This document shows, in pieces, positions 39,101 through 52,500 of a DNA stretch of 64,000 bases. Origin of the DNA: Trichoplax sp. H2. Taxonomy: Eukaryota. A model generated the notes under the pieces. That model saw nothing but the letters and a program-made list of their open reading frames with translations, searched no databases and was not told the origin of the DNA. The first letter of the stretch is position 1. Every line of letters starts with the position of its first letter. The stretch spans positions 1-64,000 of the forward strand of contig NOWV01000003.1 of assembly GCA_003344405.1 (NCBI GenBank). Reading direction: 5' to 3'. Both the position numbers and the translations under genes were made by a program.

Positions 39101-39680
39101 TTGTACGGCATTAGCAGCGTCTTTTTCATATTCCTAAACAGATGATAAAACAAAGCGTAGTTTTACACACGCTTATTAAAGCAATGAAATGCCATAGTAT
39201 TATTAAGATCGTACAAAAATGTTGGTAAGGAAGATCTTTTACTTACATTGCTCCCCCATCCAACTGAATAGATGCTACTGCGAAAACTTCCAGTTACACT
39301 ACACGCAGTTGCATCATTAACAAAAAATTCTCTTTCCTTTACAGGCTCGATCGAATCTAGGTGTTGAAGATGTTTAGAAGGCTTGACTTCATTTGGGAAT
39401 GACTGCAGTTTACTAGAACTGAAGTGCGACACGCCACGTCTGTAGAGAAAATAATAAAATAGTATACGCGTAATATTAGTAATGAGTCTGTCGTAAACTA
39501 GCGACGCGAACATATCGTAAACAATATGACACAGTAATATAATCATAGTTATTTGTAAATAATTGCCGCAAGTTACATATGTCATGAAACTAAAAATGTC
39601 AACGGGTTTGGCTGTCGGTACAACTTGTACTAGTATGCATACATTTCTAGAGGTTCTTCTCTTTGATAAGTATAATCCAT
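36186..39680 (-). CDS. FAM149 family protein (DUF3719; FAM149A/FAM149B1-like)
   Basis: MDYTYQREEPLEI|RGVSHF...SIYSVGWGSN|EYEKDAANAVQQLFSDFESSLYGE...|...ECKSWKTAFPHIR|VTGKQIM...|IQEIFASDGEVQEYLAYD...HGIPPVTPDAC. These match the FAM149 motifs ECxxWxxxFPHLR and GxPPVTP. TAG at 36186-36188. Confidence 0.85.
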
Positions 39681-40582
39681 GTATACAAATCGGTATGAAG
39701 TTATTATTAAACTGTACAGCACACCATGAAATCAAGTCCTCAGATCTATTATCCAGTGTACGCATATGAAGTTCATAAATCATAATGATCGATGTATCTT
39801 TCGAAAAAAATTACTGTATTTTGCACCCGAATTTTTACTTTACTCTTTCACTACTATTGCTGCTACCATTACCATCGCTACCATAGTCCTTTTGAAATAT
39901 AGGTGTTTACTGTACAGTACAGTACTGTATTGTACAGTACGGTACTGTAGTGCAGCAGTGCAGTACAGTACAGTACAGTACAGTACAGTAATCAACTATG
40001 TACAGTACTGTACTGTACTCCTAGAATAATGTACAGTACAGTATCATCGTTTAAGTTTAAGCTATTTACCCTGAGTATCTGAGTAGTCGGGGACATTCGG
40101 GGTTATAACGGCTGGGCCCTAATGTACATTGTACAGTACCGCATTTTCAGGTAAGGAACTGGTCACGCAACCGCACAAGTTATCAATTATTTAAAAAAAA
40201 ATAAATAATTTAATTTACTGTTAATTAATTACAGAGTAAATTAGAACTCAATTACCATGGACTAGTACGGACTGTACCGTACTGTACTGTACAGTACTGT
40301 ACTGTACAAAACTTTTACAGTACTGTACTGTACTGTACAGTACAGTGTACGTACAGTACTATACAGTACAGGTTCTTGGTAAATCTTGGGTAGTGTACAG
40401 TACAAGGTACTGTACGCTGTCTGCGCATTCCGTACTGTAAAAGAAAAAAGTTTCCGGTAAATAATACTGGACCGTGTTCATCGCTTTTACGTATTTCGGT
40501 TTGGTTTCGTTTGAAAACTTCAAAAATTTAGTTAACTGTAACGTCAGCTAGATGTTTTTAAATCCATTACCTTAAGGAAAAA
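39681..40582. promoter_or_regulatory. Divergent (bidirectional) FAM149/PTPN13 upstream region containing two dense TA(CAG/CTG)TA stacks
   Basis: Head-to-head ATGs ~900 bp apart, with stacks at ~39905-40045 and ~40260-40440. Confidence 0.6.
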
Positions 40583-43500
40583 ATGCCTGTTATACAAAGA
40601 GATACAATCTCACTACTTGAAATCTTAGAGCTGAGAGGTAGTCCCTTACAAGATGCTGAAATTTGGCACCTTATGGGGCAGGCTTGTGAGTGTCTGCAAG
40701 ACTTATTCGTGAGGGGTAGGAATACGTAAAAGTAATCTTTAACAATGCCGCAGCACGGTGCAAATACTCTATATCGTGAATTGAATAACTTAAAAAGTAC
40801 CCGTTCTTCGAATAGGGATTAGTACGAGTAATCATAATAAGTAATTATGTTGTAATAGAAATTATGGTTGTGTAATTTACTGTGACTGCCTTAATCGCTA
40901 TAATCATGGTTTGTTGTTGTTTTAACTGTTTTTGTAGTTTTACTGAAAAGTACTGTAGCGGTAGTATTTAATAAGACTATGCTGTACATTGTACAATTCT
41001 GTGTGCATACTGTACTATGGAAATTCCTTAATGGTAAATATAGAGCAACTTAAATCACCAAATTCGTCTTCGGACTGCAATAGTCAAAATAGATGATAAT
41101 AATTCCAGTTCAAAAAACATTGCTGTCTACAGCTATATTTGAATTGCAATTGTGCGTATTCCCTTAATTTTGAATTAAACACGCGCAAAGTCTTCTTCAA
41201 TTCATACTTTAGTAATTTGCTAGTGTGTGAATTTTACGCTGAGGACAAAATCGATAGTGAAGTTCGCTTCAATTCACTATCGATGTGGTACCTTAGCGTT
41301 ATTAATTATACAAGTATTATTAGACCAATTCATTAGTTATTCTATTTTCTGATACTGTATAAGCCTTGACCAAATTATACATCTTATGACAATCTACTCT
41401 ACATTCAAGTATAGTTTGGATAATAAAATTATCATGTGCATACAGTACGTAGATTTTGTTGTGCATGTTTTTATTCATTGACGCGCGTATTTGTTCATAT
41501 GCAATTATCTAAAACGAAAAATATTCCTCTTTTAGAATCAACGGCCCTGTCTTCGAAGCCACTCTTTACTATTAGCCCAGATTCAATATTATTGCTTCCT
41601 ACCGGGAAAGTTCGTTTCGATGCTCGTGATAGAAGTAATGAGACAGCAGATATCTTAACATATTCAATTTAAAGCTTACAGGCGCCCATTTACGTTATAT
41701 GCCGGTGATTTACTTATCGTATAGGTCCCGTGACCTCGACATCGTACAACCCTCCAGAAATCTATTCACCTTATGCCGACATGTCGGAACTGGCTGTTGA
41801 AAAGGTTCCTTTGCCGTAGTTAACATTATTAAAGTAAATTATATGCACTTGTGCAGTATATCATGAGATGTACAGAACTGTAATCCTTCTCTTAATCACC
41901 CGTCATGTCCTATTGCTGCTCGTCTGTAGACTCTTTTTTGTGCTTTGAGTGTTATGCAATATTTACATTTATAACGTACTGTAATATCCTCTTGAAATAG
42001 GTACAGTATCTCGTACTTGCATACTGAGTAAATTGAATGAGTTTGTGCCTAACATCTATAATCAAGTCTTTATTGAAATTTTATTTGATGTTTTTGTCAG
42101 ATGTATGTTTATAGCTTAGGTATGTCGTTATTTTTTGCTATGGAGTACCGATTAGAGATACAGGTTAAGTATTGTTATACCTACTTCATTAATCACTTCA
42201 ATTGTTACGTTCTGAATTGGAATTCTTGTATAATCATACTGAGGATCACTTCTCTATCTTGATAATTAGAATACTAGCCCAGATAAACAATTACAGAATC
42301 TTTTACTATCAATGTGTGAAGAAAGTCCTGAATATCGAATAAATCTGTTGGATGTCATTGAGGTACTGCACAATTGGATAATCATTCAGAAAGATTTGTA
42401 CAAAACTGTAAAAAATATATTGTTATCGTTTACTCAATTATATATATTATACTGTACATTTTGTTTTTCGCCCCAAATAAAGAAGCATTGACGATTTTAT
42501 TATAGCTTCCTAGTAAATAATGTGAAGTATTATATATATTATATATTATTACATCACCAGTAAATCGAAATTTAATTTCTGATTTCGTAGCTTTGCAGCA
42601 GGAGTGTTCCATTCCGCTGTAACTCAACTCTGATACAGTCTCTGGTCAGAAATTCGTTTGAAGATTTGAATATTAATGTAAGGAAATATTTTTTAAGATC
42701 TATCCACGATAGTAGCCTTAAATTAACTGTAAATATATTTTTAATACAGTAGCACGCTATTTACTGAGTAACTATATTGTATACATTTTGACAGCTTCTA
42801 GTGGAAGACACTTTATCTGCCACAGAATCATACTGTTCCTTTACCGGTTCACTTAGAAGTAACGTAAGGTGTGAAACTTTTTAAATTTAGTTTAACGAAG
42901 TTATATAACCTTAGCTATTAATGCTGGGTTATGCAAATCAAATAATCTAAGATATCTTCAATGATATCAAATAGTTTTATACAAGAAGAATCAACTCCTC
43001 ATGGTAAAAACTGGCAGCTGCAGTCTTCTAGAATAGGTATACAAGAGAGACGAAATCCAATATATTCTAAAAATCTGAAATCAGATATTAATTACTCTCT
43101 AGATGACGACGATAAGGCGTATTTGCGATCTGATGAACGGAGTTCAGAAATGCATAGTCAACAGCTTTTACCTCAAATGACTCAAAAAGAATATAAACCT
43201 ACGCTCTCATACACAAAAAATGAAAATATTGAGCTGCAATTGGAAAACTTTTCGGAGATTGGGACTATTTGGAATTTATCACAAGATGATACTGTAACAC
43301 AAAATTGGTATGAAGAGTTGCATAAGAAAAGTAATGAAGCAATACGTGAAACCAGTATATTACCTGACTCCGAAATGAACTTATCAGAAGACGAAAGATC
43401 TGAGTCTAGAATGTCGAAAGGAAAATTTATTCCCGACAAGGAAGAAGAAGCAATTAGGAGCTTGGCTATTTATAGAGATAACACTTATAGAAAGTTAAGC

Positions 43501-46500
43501 TTTCACGAAGGCTTGCAGCTGACATCCATATCTGATTATTCACCGAAAGCAGAGAAAAAAAGTCCAGTAACAACTCGAAACGGTGTGTTGAAATCTATTA
43601 AGCTACTGCATGTTAATGTGGCTCATAATTGATGTCAATCGTATCTAAACTGTTAAATTCATTTTCTAATAAGTGGGAGGGGCTAATGTAAAGCCCTGTA
43701 CAAGTGCATCGAAAACACCTCAAAAAGGTATGTAACGCCATTCCTCTATGTTTGATAGATAAAATTAACTTAAGTTCATACATGAACTCAATGGTAGAAT
43801 AGTTGTTAAATAGCAAAGAAGGGTCGATTAAATAGTCAAGAAAATATCATCTATCTGTTCTATTTACGAGACTTAGGTGATTTTCAATCAGATTTCGTGG
43901 ACGCATCAGTAATCTATAATGAAGAGAAGAAGCAAGTATCGTCAAAGAATAATAATGATTTCTCAAGTACTCACTCTAATAATCAAGAGAAGCAGAGGGT
44001 GTGAACATTTTGTTTTCTTAATATCATCCTAATCAAGAACAAAACACATACTCTTACTGTTATAATATAAATATTACAGAACTTTGGGGGCCCAGAATTT
44101 ATACGATTGAAGGACAGCATTATTTATCCTGCAAATGAAATACAAAATGTGTGATTCTTTGAGTATAATAATTGCTATCATTGCGATATATTCCTAAGTC
44201 ATATCATTGGTAATGATTTCCATTGCTTTAGGTTGCTGTTAGTTCAATTTACCATGACGGCTTAAAACGTATCCAAATTATTCTTTTAAATGGGCAAAGA
44301 CTCATGATGGATATATCGGTTATTAGCCTCTTTTATATCTTATCTTTTATAATTTTAGTATTCATTTATTCTCACTATGTCTATTTTTCTCTGTTGTTAG
44401 GTTAATGCTACTGGAAGAGATCTATTTGAAAGAATAATCAGATACTTGGAATTAGATGAATTTTCATATTTTGGATTAGGACATATTGCATGTTAGACCT
44501 AACTAGCAAAAGTCTTGAATTATGGAGTGAAATCAAAAATAAGCATTTCTGTTTTGTTTTTATTTATAGATGGAGAAATGCAATTTCTGGACCTCGACAA
44601 AAAACTTATTAAGTATTCTCCTAAGGGTTGGCGAGAAGGAGTAATTAAAGAATTTTATGTTTACTATATTAAGGCTTATTTTACTTATCATTCAAAGTCT
44701 GCTACAACTTAAACTTGAAACATTTTTTATAGCTAAAATCTCCCGATTCCAATTTCACGTTTTTCTTCGCAGTTAAATATTACGTAGAAAATATTAGCAC
44801 TCTTCGGTACGCATATATGTGCACTATAGTAACTACACAGTTAGCAAGCCAGATTTATACATACAGCAGTAACAACCGCTCGCTTATCTAAGAATAGCTC
44901 GTTTTTTCGTTAGGAGTCGATTATCGCAGCACTTTTATTATCTTCAGCTGCGTAGAGATATCTTAGAGGGTATTCTTCATTGTTCCGAAGAACCAGCATT
45001 ACTCCTTGCATCTTATGCCTTACAAGCGGAAACTGGTGACTACGTTCCTAGTAACGCCAACAACTATTATATTCTGGAACAGTACCTACCGGCGAAGGTA
45101 TTCTTCTTTACCGGAAATTATATTGCAGTAAATTATATACATTGTTATAAATAATGCAGTTCCTGTCTGCCATAGGTACTTCAAAAAACTCCAGCTATGG
45201 AATTGAAGCGACAGCTATCTAGTATGCATTCAGCGCATGCTGGGTTAAGCGAATCTCAAGCAGAAGTAGAATTTCTGAAGGTAAAATCATTAACGGTATT
45301 AAAACTACTTTAAAATAGTATTGTACCTCCAATTTCTAATGCTTTTCTAGGAAGCCCAAAAATTACCGTATTATGGCATTCATTTCTATCGCCTATACAG
45401 GGTAAATTCTTTAAGCGTGCTATTCTCCTTGTTGGAACATTGCATTTCTAGCATATCAAGAATACCCTTAAAATAACTTACATTTTTAGACTAAAAAAGA
45501 TTCCACCTCGTCATTATGGCTCGGTATTTGCTTAAGAGGGTTAATTTTATTTGAGGTGATCTGCCGCTTTCATCGTTCAGTTCATGATTCATAAAGTAAA
45601 CTATTTCCAATCTTTGAATGTTAAATAGGAACGTGGTGATGCAAAAGCTGCTATAAGCAGACACCCTTGGCATATGATTACTCAAGTTTCATTTAACGTA
45701 AATTTAAGCATTTATCACCGTTTTGTGGAGTGAATTGAGCTAATGTGATTACCATAATTATAGAAAAAGCAGTTCACCATCGAGCCACAAGGAACTGGGG
45801 TCACAAATAGACTTACTTTCAATACTAAACATCCTAAAAGGTCATTTGAATACCAATTTATTTTGCGAGCCTAACGTAAATTTTAATCAACGTGTCACAT
45901 ATCCATTTTGGCTCATTCGTAAACCTACTTATACACTATCAATGACCATTTATTTTAGGTCAAGATATATGTTGCAGCTCTGTACTAGTTTTCACGCATT
46001 TCAAATTCAGATACGGTCAAAAATGAAGGCGTTAGAACGGTATGAATCACAAAGAGGTTCGTATTGGCTTTGTAATTCAAATGAAACGAGATTTATAATG
46101 TAATAGTTGTACTCCCTATTGCTATTCGCAGACGCTTACAATGACGGAGTAATGGATAGTAATGATAGGGTTGGCTCACTACAGAGCTCGTCGTCGACGT
46201 CGAAAACATTCATTAAAAATCGCCAACATCATTTATCAGAATCAAAAATTGATGTTCAAGATCAAAGATCCACGTCAAGCAGCATAACTGATCTAAATTT
46301 AGCGGTTTCAAAGCAAAAGAAGCGTGTATCAGAACGAACAAGAACGATTTCATCTTCTATTAGTAGTGAAAACGAAGTATCTCAAGATAACTCCTATCAT
46401 GGTAATATAATCATGATATTTGTGGTTGTGCATTTGTGAACGTCCTCTTACTATGCAATACCTATTATAGATACTGCAACCATATTTACGGTAAACAAGC

Positions 46501-49500
46501 AAAATTTTGCAACGTCTTCGGAAGGTAAATCATGGAAACTTAAAACATGAATTGTTCCTTTTTCACTTATACAATATTATTGTATACTTGTGAATTCTGA
46601 CAGTTTCTGGAGAATATAGCTAATAGATAAGTTACACGTTATAAAGCTCGTTTAATGTTTATACTTAAAATCTACAGGAAGTTTAAGCGGAAATTATGGT
46701 ACTACACTGGCTACGATTGTCTTAGATAAGCGAAGAAATCAAGAAATTGGTATATATAATTTATACAAAAGGAGATTAATCATGTTTTCAATAATAATTG
46801 TGATGGAGGGTTCGAAGAGTCAGATAATGTGGTTTTAGTTGCCATTTACAATTAGTACACCAAAAGTTGTATAAAAGTTATACTTTATTTTAAGTAGTAA
46901 AGTAAGTAAAGTAAGTACAGTGAGGTAGTTACGGTAGACCAGCGTGCAAGCTGTTGTGAGTAACGTGTGAAGACTAACCAGGAAAACTAACGATTTCCGA
47001 GGTGGAAAACGGCGGTATTTTTTATAGTTTAAAGATAGAGCACATGCAGAGAATAGGATTGTAGAATTAGATACAACATATACCATAACAGGTTACAACA
47101 TAGCTGATGATTGTAGCAAACAGCGAGTACTGTAATAACTAAATACAGTAGCCTATATATGAATGTGAAGTAAGCGGACTATAGATATGTCTAAATATAT
47201 GAGCAATACAACATGTCTATATTTAAGAGTAGAATATAGATACAGTATATTCTAAATACATACAATAATGTTCATCATTGTCATGAAATAATTTTTATAA
47301 AAGGATATAAAAATCGATATCAATATTACGTTGTCCTTTATGAATCTATTGGAGTTGTAAATGCGCTATTTTATTGAATTAGGTCTAACTTTGGTCGATG
47401 CTGATTTAAGTTTCGGTCGTGGAGTGTACGTAGACTCTTTAGCATCTAATGGGATTGCTAAAGTTAATAGTAAAATAAAGCCTGGTATGGATGAAACTGC
47501 TATCAATTACTATATTATATTATATTGTATAGTCATTGAATCTGAAGTGTTAAATGCGAGTTAAAATATGCGTATATTACTTAACTTATGTATCATTTTA
47601 TTAAAATTTTTTACAACTAAATAGGAGACAAAATTGTAAGTGTTAATGGAATTGCCGTAGAGAGAAGTTCAGCAGATTTTGTAGCTCAGTTGCTAAACAA
47701 CGCAGAATATCATGTTGAAATTCAATGCTGCACAGAAGATGTTAAAAATCATATACCCAGTGAAAACGGTAATTCAACCATGGTAGTAAGTTAGTGTTAA
47801 TTTATAAAAATTGCCCTTAAATTAGCTCACAGGAACTTCAGACGAATTATATTGATGCTGTTTATTAAATTAAGTAAGTAGCATCTATTTAACAATTTTG
47901 CTATTATGAACAAACTTGAATAATTAGCACCCGCAGACAGGCCAAGGAAAATGCAGCTAATGCGAGAGCCTGTCTCCGGATCAGTTGCAACAAATGCAGA
48001 AGCAGAAGAAACGACTGTAACGAAATCTTACGCCTCTGATGAACCGGATACGAATCAAAGCTCGAATTTCCAGTATCAGCTTGGAAAAAAACAGAAAAAT
48101 GATGGTTTCAGTGAAATTGAAGAACATCAAGATGATAGCATTGATGAAATTTTTGTGCCAGAGCCTAACATGAAAACGCGATCTTTTTCAAACTTCACTT
48201 ATTCTGTAAGAACGCCCGCAGCTTTGGCAATTAATTAATAAAAGTTAATTATAAATTTATGAAAAGAATATCATTCCTTATAACTGCATTATAGCCAAAT
48301 CTTATTCAAGTAAAGCTAAGAAAAAAGAACGACAGCCTAGGCTTAAGAATTCGCGTAACTAAAAATCTTAACCTTGTGCATCTATTCACACCATGATTAT
48401 TTCTTTATAACTACAGTAGTATACTTCTATATGATCTAGGGAGGTGTTAATACTAGCGTAAGGGATGGAGGCATTTACGTTAAAGCCTTAGATCCTTCAA
48501 GTGCTGCAGCCGAAGAAGGAACGATAAAATTGGGTAAATTAATTGCCATATCATATATAATGTTAGTTACTTACACTGTTATTTGTCGAAGTATCATTTA
48601 TTGTATATTTTATAGGAGACAGAATTTTAGCTGTAAATGGAATAAGTTTGATAGGCGTTACTCATAAAGTGGTAAATTCCTTGATCGGATCTGATACACT
48701 ACAGAATCTTAAGTTTTTCATGTTTACCAATGCTATGTTCTTTCGTCAGGCTCGTGAAACCATCATTAAATGTCCGGAAAATGTGACACTGATAATTGAC
48801 CGATCTGAAACAGAGTATTTATCATCTAAGAGCGATGAAACAACCAGCAAAGAAATTCCCTACCAAAGAGACATGTCTGCTAACGTTGAAATGCCAACGA
48901 AGAATCCTAGCCTTTCCTCTAGTGCTGATCAAAATTCTGATTCACTCGATTCTTATAAGCATCCTCGAGCTCAAGCTTATTACGTTAGTTCCCAAGAAGA
49001 GAAAAATAGCGCTAAATTTTCAGAAAATGTGGAACAACCACAAAATAATAGAAAGAACTTAATTTCAGCCGAGAAACCTAAAACTGGTTCTGTGGTACAA
49101 GAATGCACGAGTAGTAATACATCGATAAGAGTTTCCGAACATGATGAGTCTGGAGCGTGTGAAGACGAGCAATTACATCCGGATTTGTATATAAAAGAAT
49201 CTGAAGAAATCAGTCATCGTGGAGGTGAATCGGCCCCAAAAATACCTACTGAAACCCATAATAAAGCGGATATTCATAGTGTAGCTGAACCTTATCATGA
49301 AGGGTTATCAGAAAGCAAAGAAACTGTAAATAACGCCAAGGATGATGTAGAACTGAGTGTCCGGACTGAAACTCCAACGGAGAAGGCAAAGTTTGGGCAA
49401 GCGAATTCCGATGTGCTTGACAATGATTATAAAGGTTCCACAGCCACAGTCAACAACGGTAACTCTGAAAACGTTAGCAAGAAGCAGTTTCGGAAAATAC

Positions 49501-52500
49501 CGTCACTAAATGACGCCGGATCAAAGCCAAAATCCGAAACGGATGCAAAATGTAACGAAGGGATTAAATTTACTTATTACTAGTTCTGATCTCATTGATT
49601 TATTCTTATATCGTTACTTCGGCTGATATATTTCATGTTCCTCTTTAGCAATAGTACCTACTGATCCTTTGGTTAGTTCGAAAGATGAACTTCCTGGAAA
49701 AAATGATAAAACTGTCGAAGCTTTGGCAGCTGAAGGCAATGTGTCAGCGTTAAAGAAGCAACAAGGCAGTAATGGGGATATCAAAGCGGAGCCACAGAAA
49801 ATCTTAGCGCAAGAGCCTATAAATACAAACGAACGCCCACAGTTAGCCACTACTAGTGCAGAACCTTTAAGTGAGTCCTTTAAAATCGTACTGGTTATGT
49901 AAGTACAAATATTGCCCTTGAACTCCTATTTCTCTTGTTTAGGTAATATCCGAAATCACGTAACTACTACTGGAGTAACCAGTGAAAACAGACAGGACGA
50001 AGATTTTGAAGAAAAAAGTACATTCCGTGTCTTACTAAAAAAGGGCCGTCAAGGTTTAGGATTTAGCATAGCTGATGGAAAAGATTTTGGAATGGAAGGT
50101 TAGTGGGTGTTGAACAATAGCTCATCGCATATTACGTCGGACTATCAATCTTTTTAATTGTTTTGTTATGGTATGGATCGCATCTCTTTTAACGTATTTC
50201 GTGTTATTACTACCTTAGATTATATTATGATCAACAAAATATTTCCACAGCAGCCAGCTGCACTCTCTAATAAATTAAGAGAGAGAGATATCATTTTAGC
50301 GGTAAGAGCTACTACATATTATATATCGCATTATATACATTTCTAAGCTCACGGCACATACTGTATGTAATTTGAATTAAAATTTTTAGGTCAACAGGCT
50401 CTCAGTAATTGGTTATAAGCGTTCGGTAAAATTTTCATATATACAAGGCTGCGTAGATCTAACATGCGCGTATTTCTATTAAATTATACTTTCGTAACAA
50501 ATTCGTCTAAGCTGTGTTGTAATTACATAAATCAAAGGATGCTGTAGCACTACTTAGAAACCAACCACAAACGGTCGAACTGCTTGTTAAACGTTCAGAT
50601 GGTATCGATCGGGTAGATTCACCTTTAGATGAAACCGTTTCCTTAACTGAAAATCACCCATCAACTGCTGACAAAACAGAAGAACACGACAGTGGTATAC
50701 GTAAAGGATCCGAACTTTCAAGAAGTGATGTATTACTGCCGAAAGTAAACGATAAATCCATTCCGGAAGTTGTAGTTACCGCAAATCAACATGACAATGA
50801 GCAAGACAAATCGAAGGCCGAATTTGAAACCGTAAATTACCTAAGATAAGGCTATATAATTAGTAGCTTTTTAAGGCTGCAGTACCGGTATAAACTGTCT
50901 CATTTCTGTGTTTTAGTATGAATTGACGTTATCTAAAGGGAAGACCGGGTTAGGGTTTAGTATTACAACCACAAATGGTAATTTAGAAATTACTGATCAT
51001 TGATCTAAGTTTTACTGGTGAATCAAAACGTAAATTCATTCATTCTAGACGGGCCTCAAGTGAAAGAGATTGTTGGAGATCCAGCCAGGGCTGATGGCCG
51101 ATTGCAGAAGGGAGATCTACTTACTACAGTTAGTGCAGTTGAAGGATACTTGCACCTGCATGACACAAAATTCTATAACTTCTATCTAAACTGTAAAAAT
51201 TTATAATTACGTACTTTATTTACTCGAAACTGTGATTATCCTCCAACTTTACAGGTTAACGGAAGAGATGTATCATCGATGACTCAAAGAGAAATTGTTC
51301 AATTTCTGCGCTCTGCAGATAAAACCGTAACGATACGAGCTAAGCGCCTAAATTGTATGGTAAGCCCTCCTTTTTTATGTAGTTTAATACTTTAGCTACA
51401 GACTTTTAACTGTGTACCAATGCTGTGCAGGTAGACGTTCCGGTTGTTTCTGTCTCAGATTATACCACTATTGAAGCTTTAATCTCAAAAAATAAGTACG
51501 AAATGCATGGAAGTTATTTCTTGTACTACAATTATCTCCAGTTTTAGAGTGATTTTTGACTAATAGTCTGCATCTTATCGTAGTTATGGAACTACCGGAT
51601 TTACCTTATCACCAATTAATGTAGATGATCCTGAAATTCCTGGTGCTATTATTAATCAGATCATTCACGGAGAACCCGCAGAAATGTACGTGACTAAATA
51701 TACAGTATAATTAATTACAGTTATTTTACTGAATTCATGATCACATTCTTATTGGTATTCTTTCTGCACCGAAGTGAAGGAACATTACGACCTGGCGACA
51801 GAATTATACAGGTCGAATTATTGACTGCCTTGTTGCATTTCTATCGTACTTTAATAATTGCTTACGGAAAAGCTTTGCATGAATGTAAATTTTATTGATC
51901 ACTATAGCTTAATAATACTGACGTATCAAAAATGCCCGTCAATTCGATACGTAATTACATCGACTCCACAGACCCAGAATTGAAAATCGTTGTAGAAAGG
52001 TAGTTGTGGTACAAGCAATTTTCTATTAATTTTAATTAAAAAAAAAATAACTGAATCTCTTCTTAGTCTTGTAACAATATCTTATTTGAATTAAGGCGTG
52101 TACAGAGCTCGAATAGCATGAAAGAAGAAAATTCGCCAGTTCTTTCAAAGGAAAGCAGCAAACGCGAAATCCCAAGTGAAGAAAGCAAAATAATAGAAAA
52201 TATATCAGATATAGATGAACAAAGCCTTTCGTCGCCTGTATGATTAAAAAGTTATTTTCGTTCGTTTAATTCCTTAGCAATTTTTGTATAGTTTGCGTTT
52301 GATATGAAATATTTACATAAGCATATTTACGTGCGTTATATATCGGTATCAGTCATTCATAATTCTCATATGCATGTACCAAATTGAATCTGTAACATGC
52401 TTTATCTGATAGGTCAATATAATTGAAGTTGAATTAGAAAAGGGAGCAACAGGTTTAGGTTTTAATTTAATGAGCGGCGATGGGAAGACCAAATTCGTAA

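Noticed and set aside
39163..39783. 206-aa ORF as a standalone gene
   Set aside because: It is FAM149 exon 2 plus intron read-through. The true first exon is in another frame (ATG at 39680).
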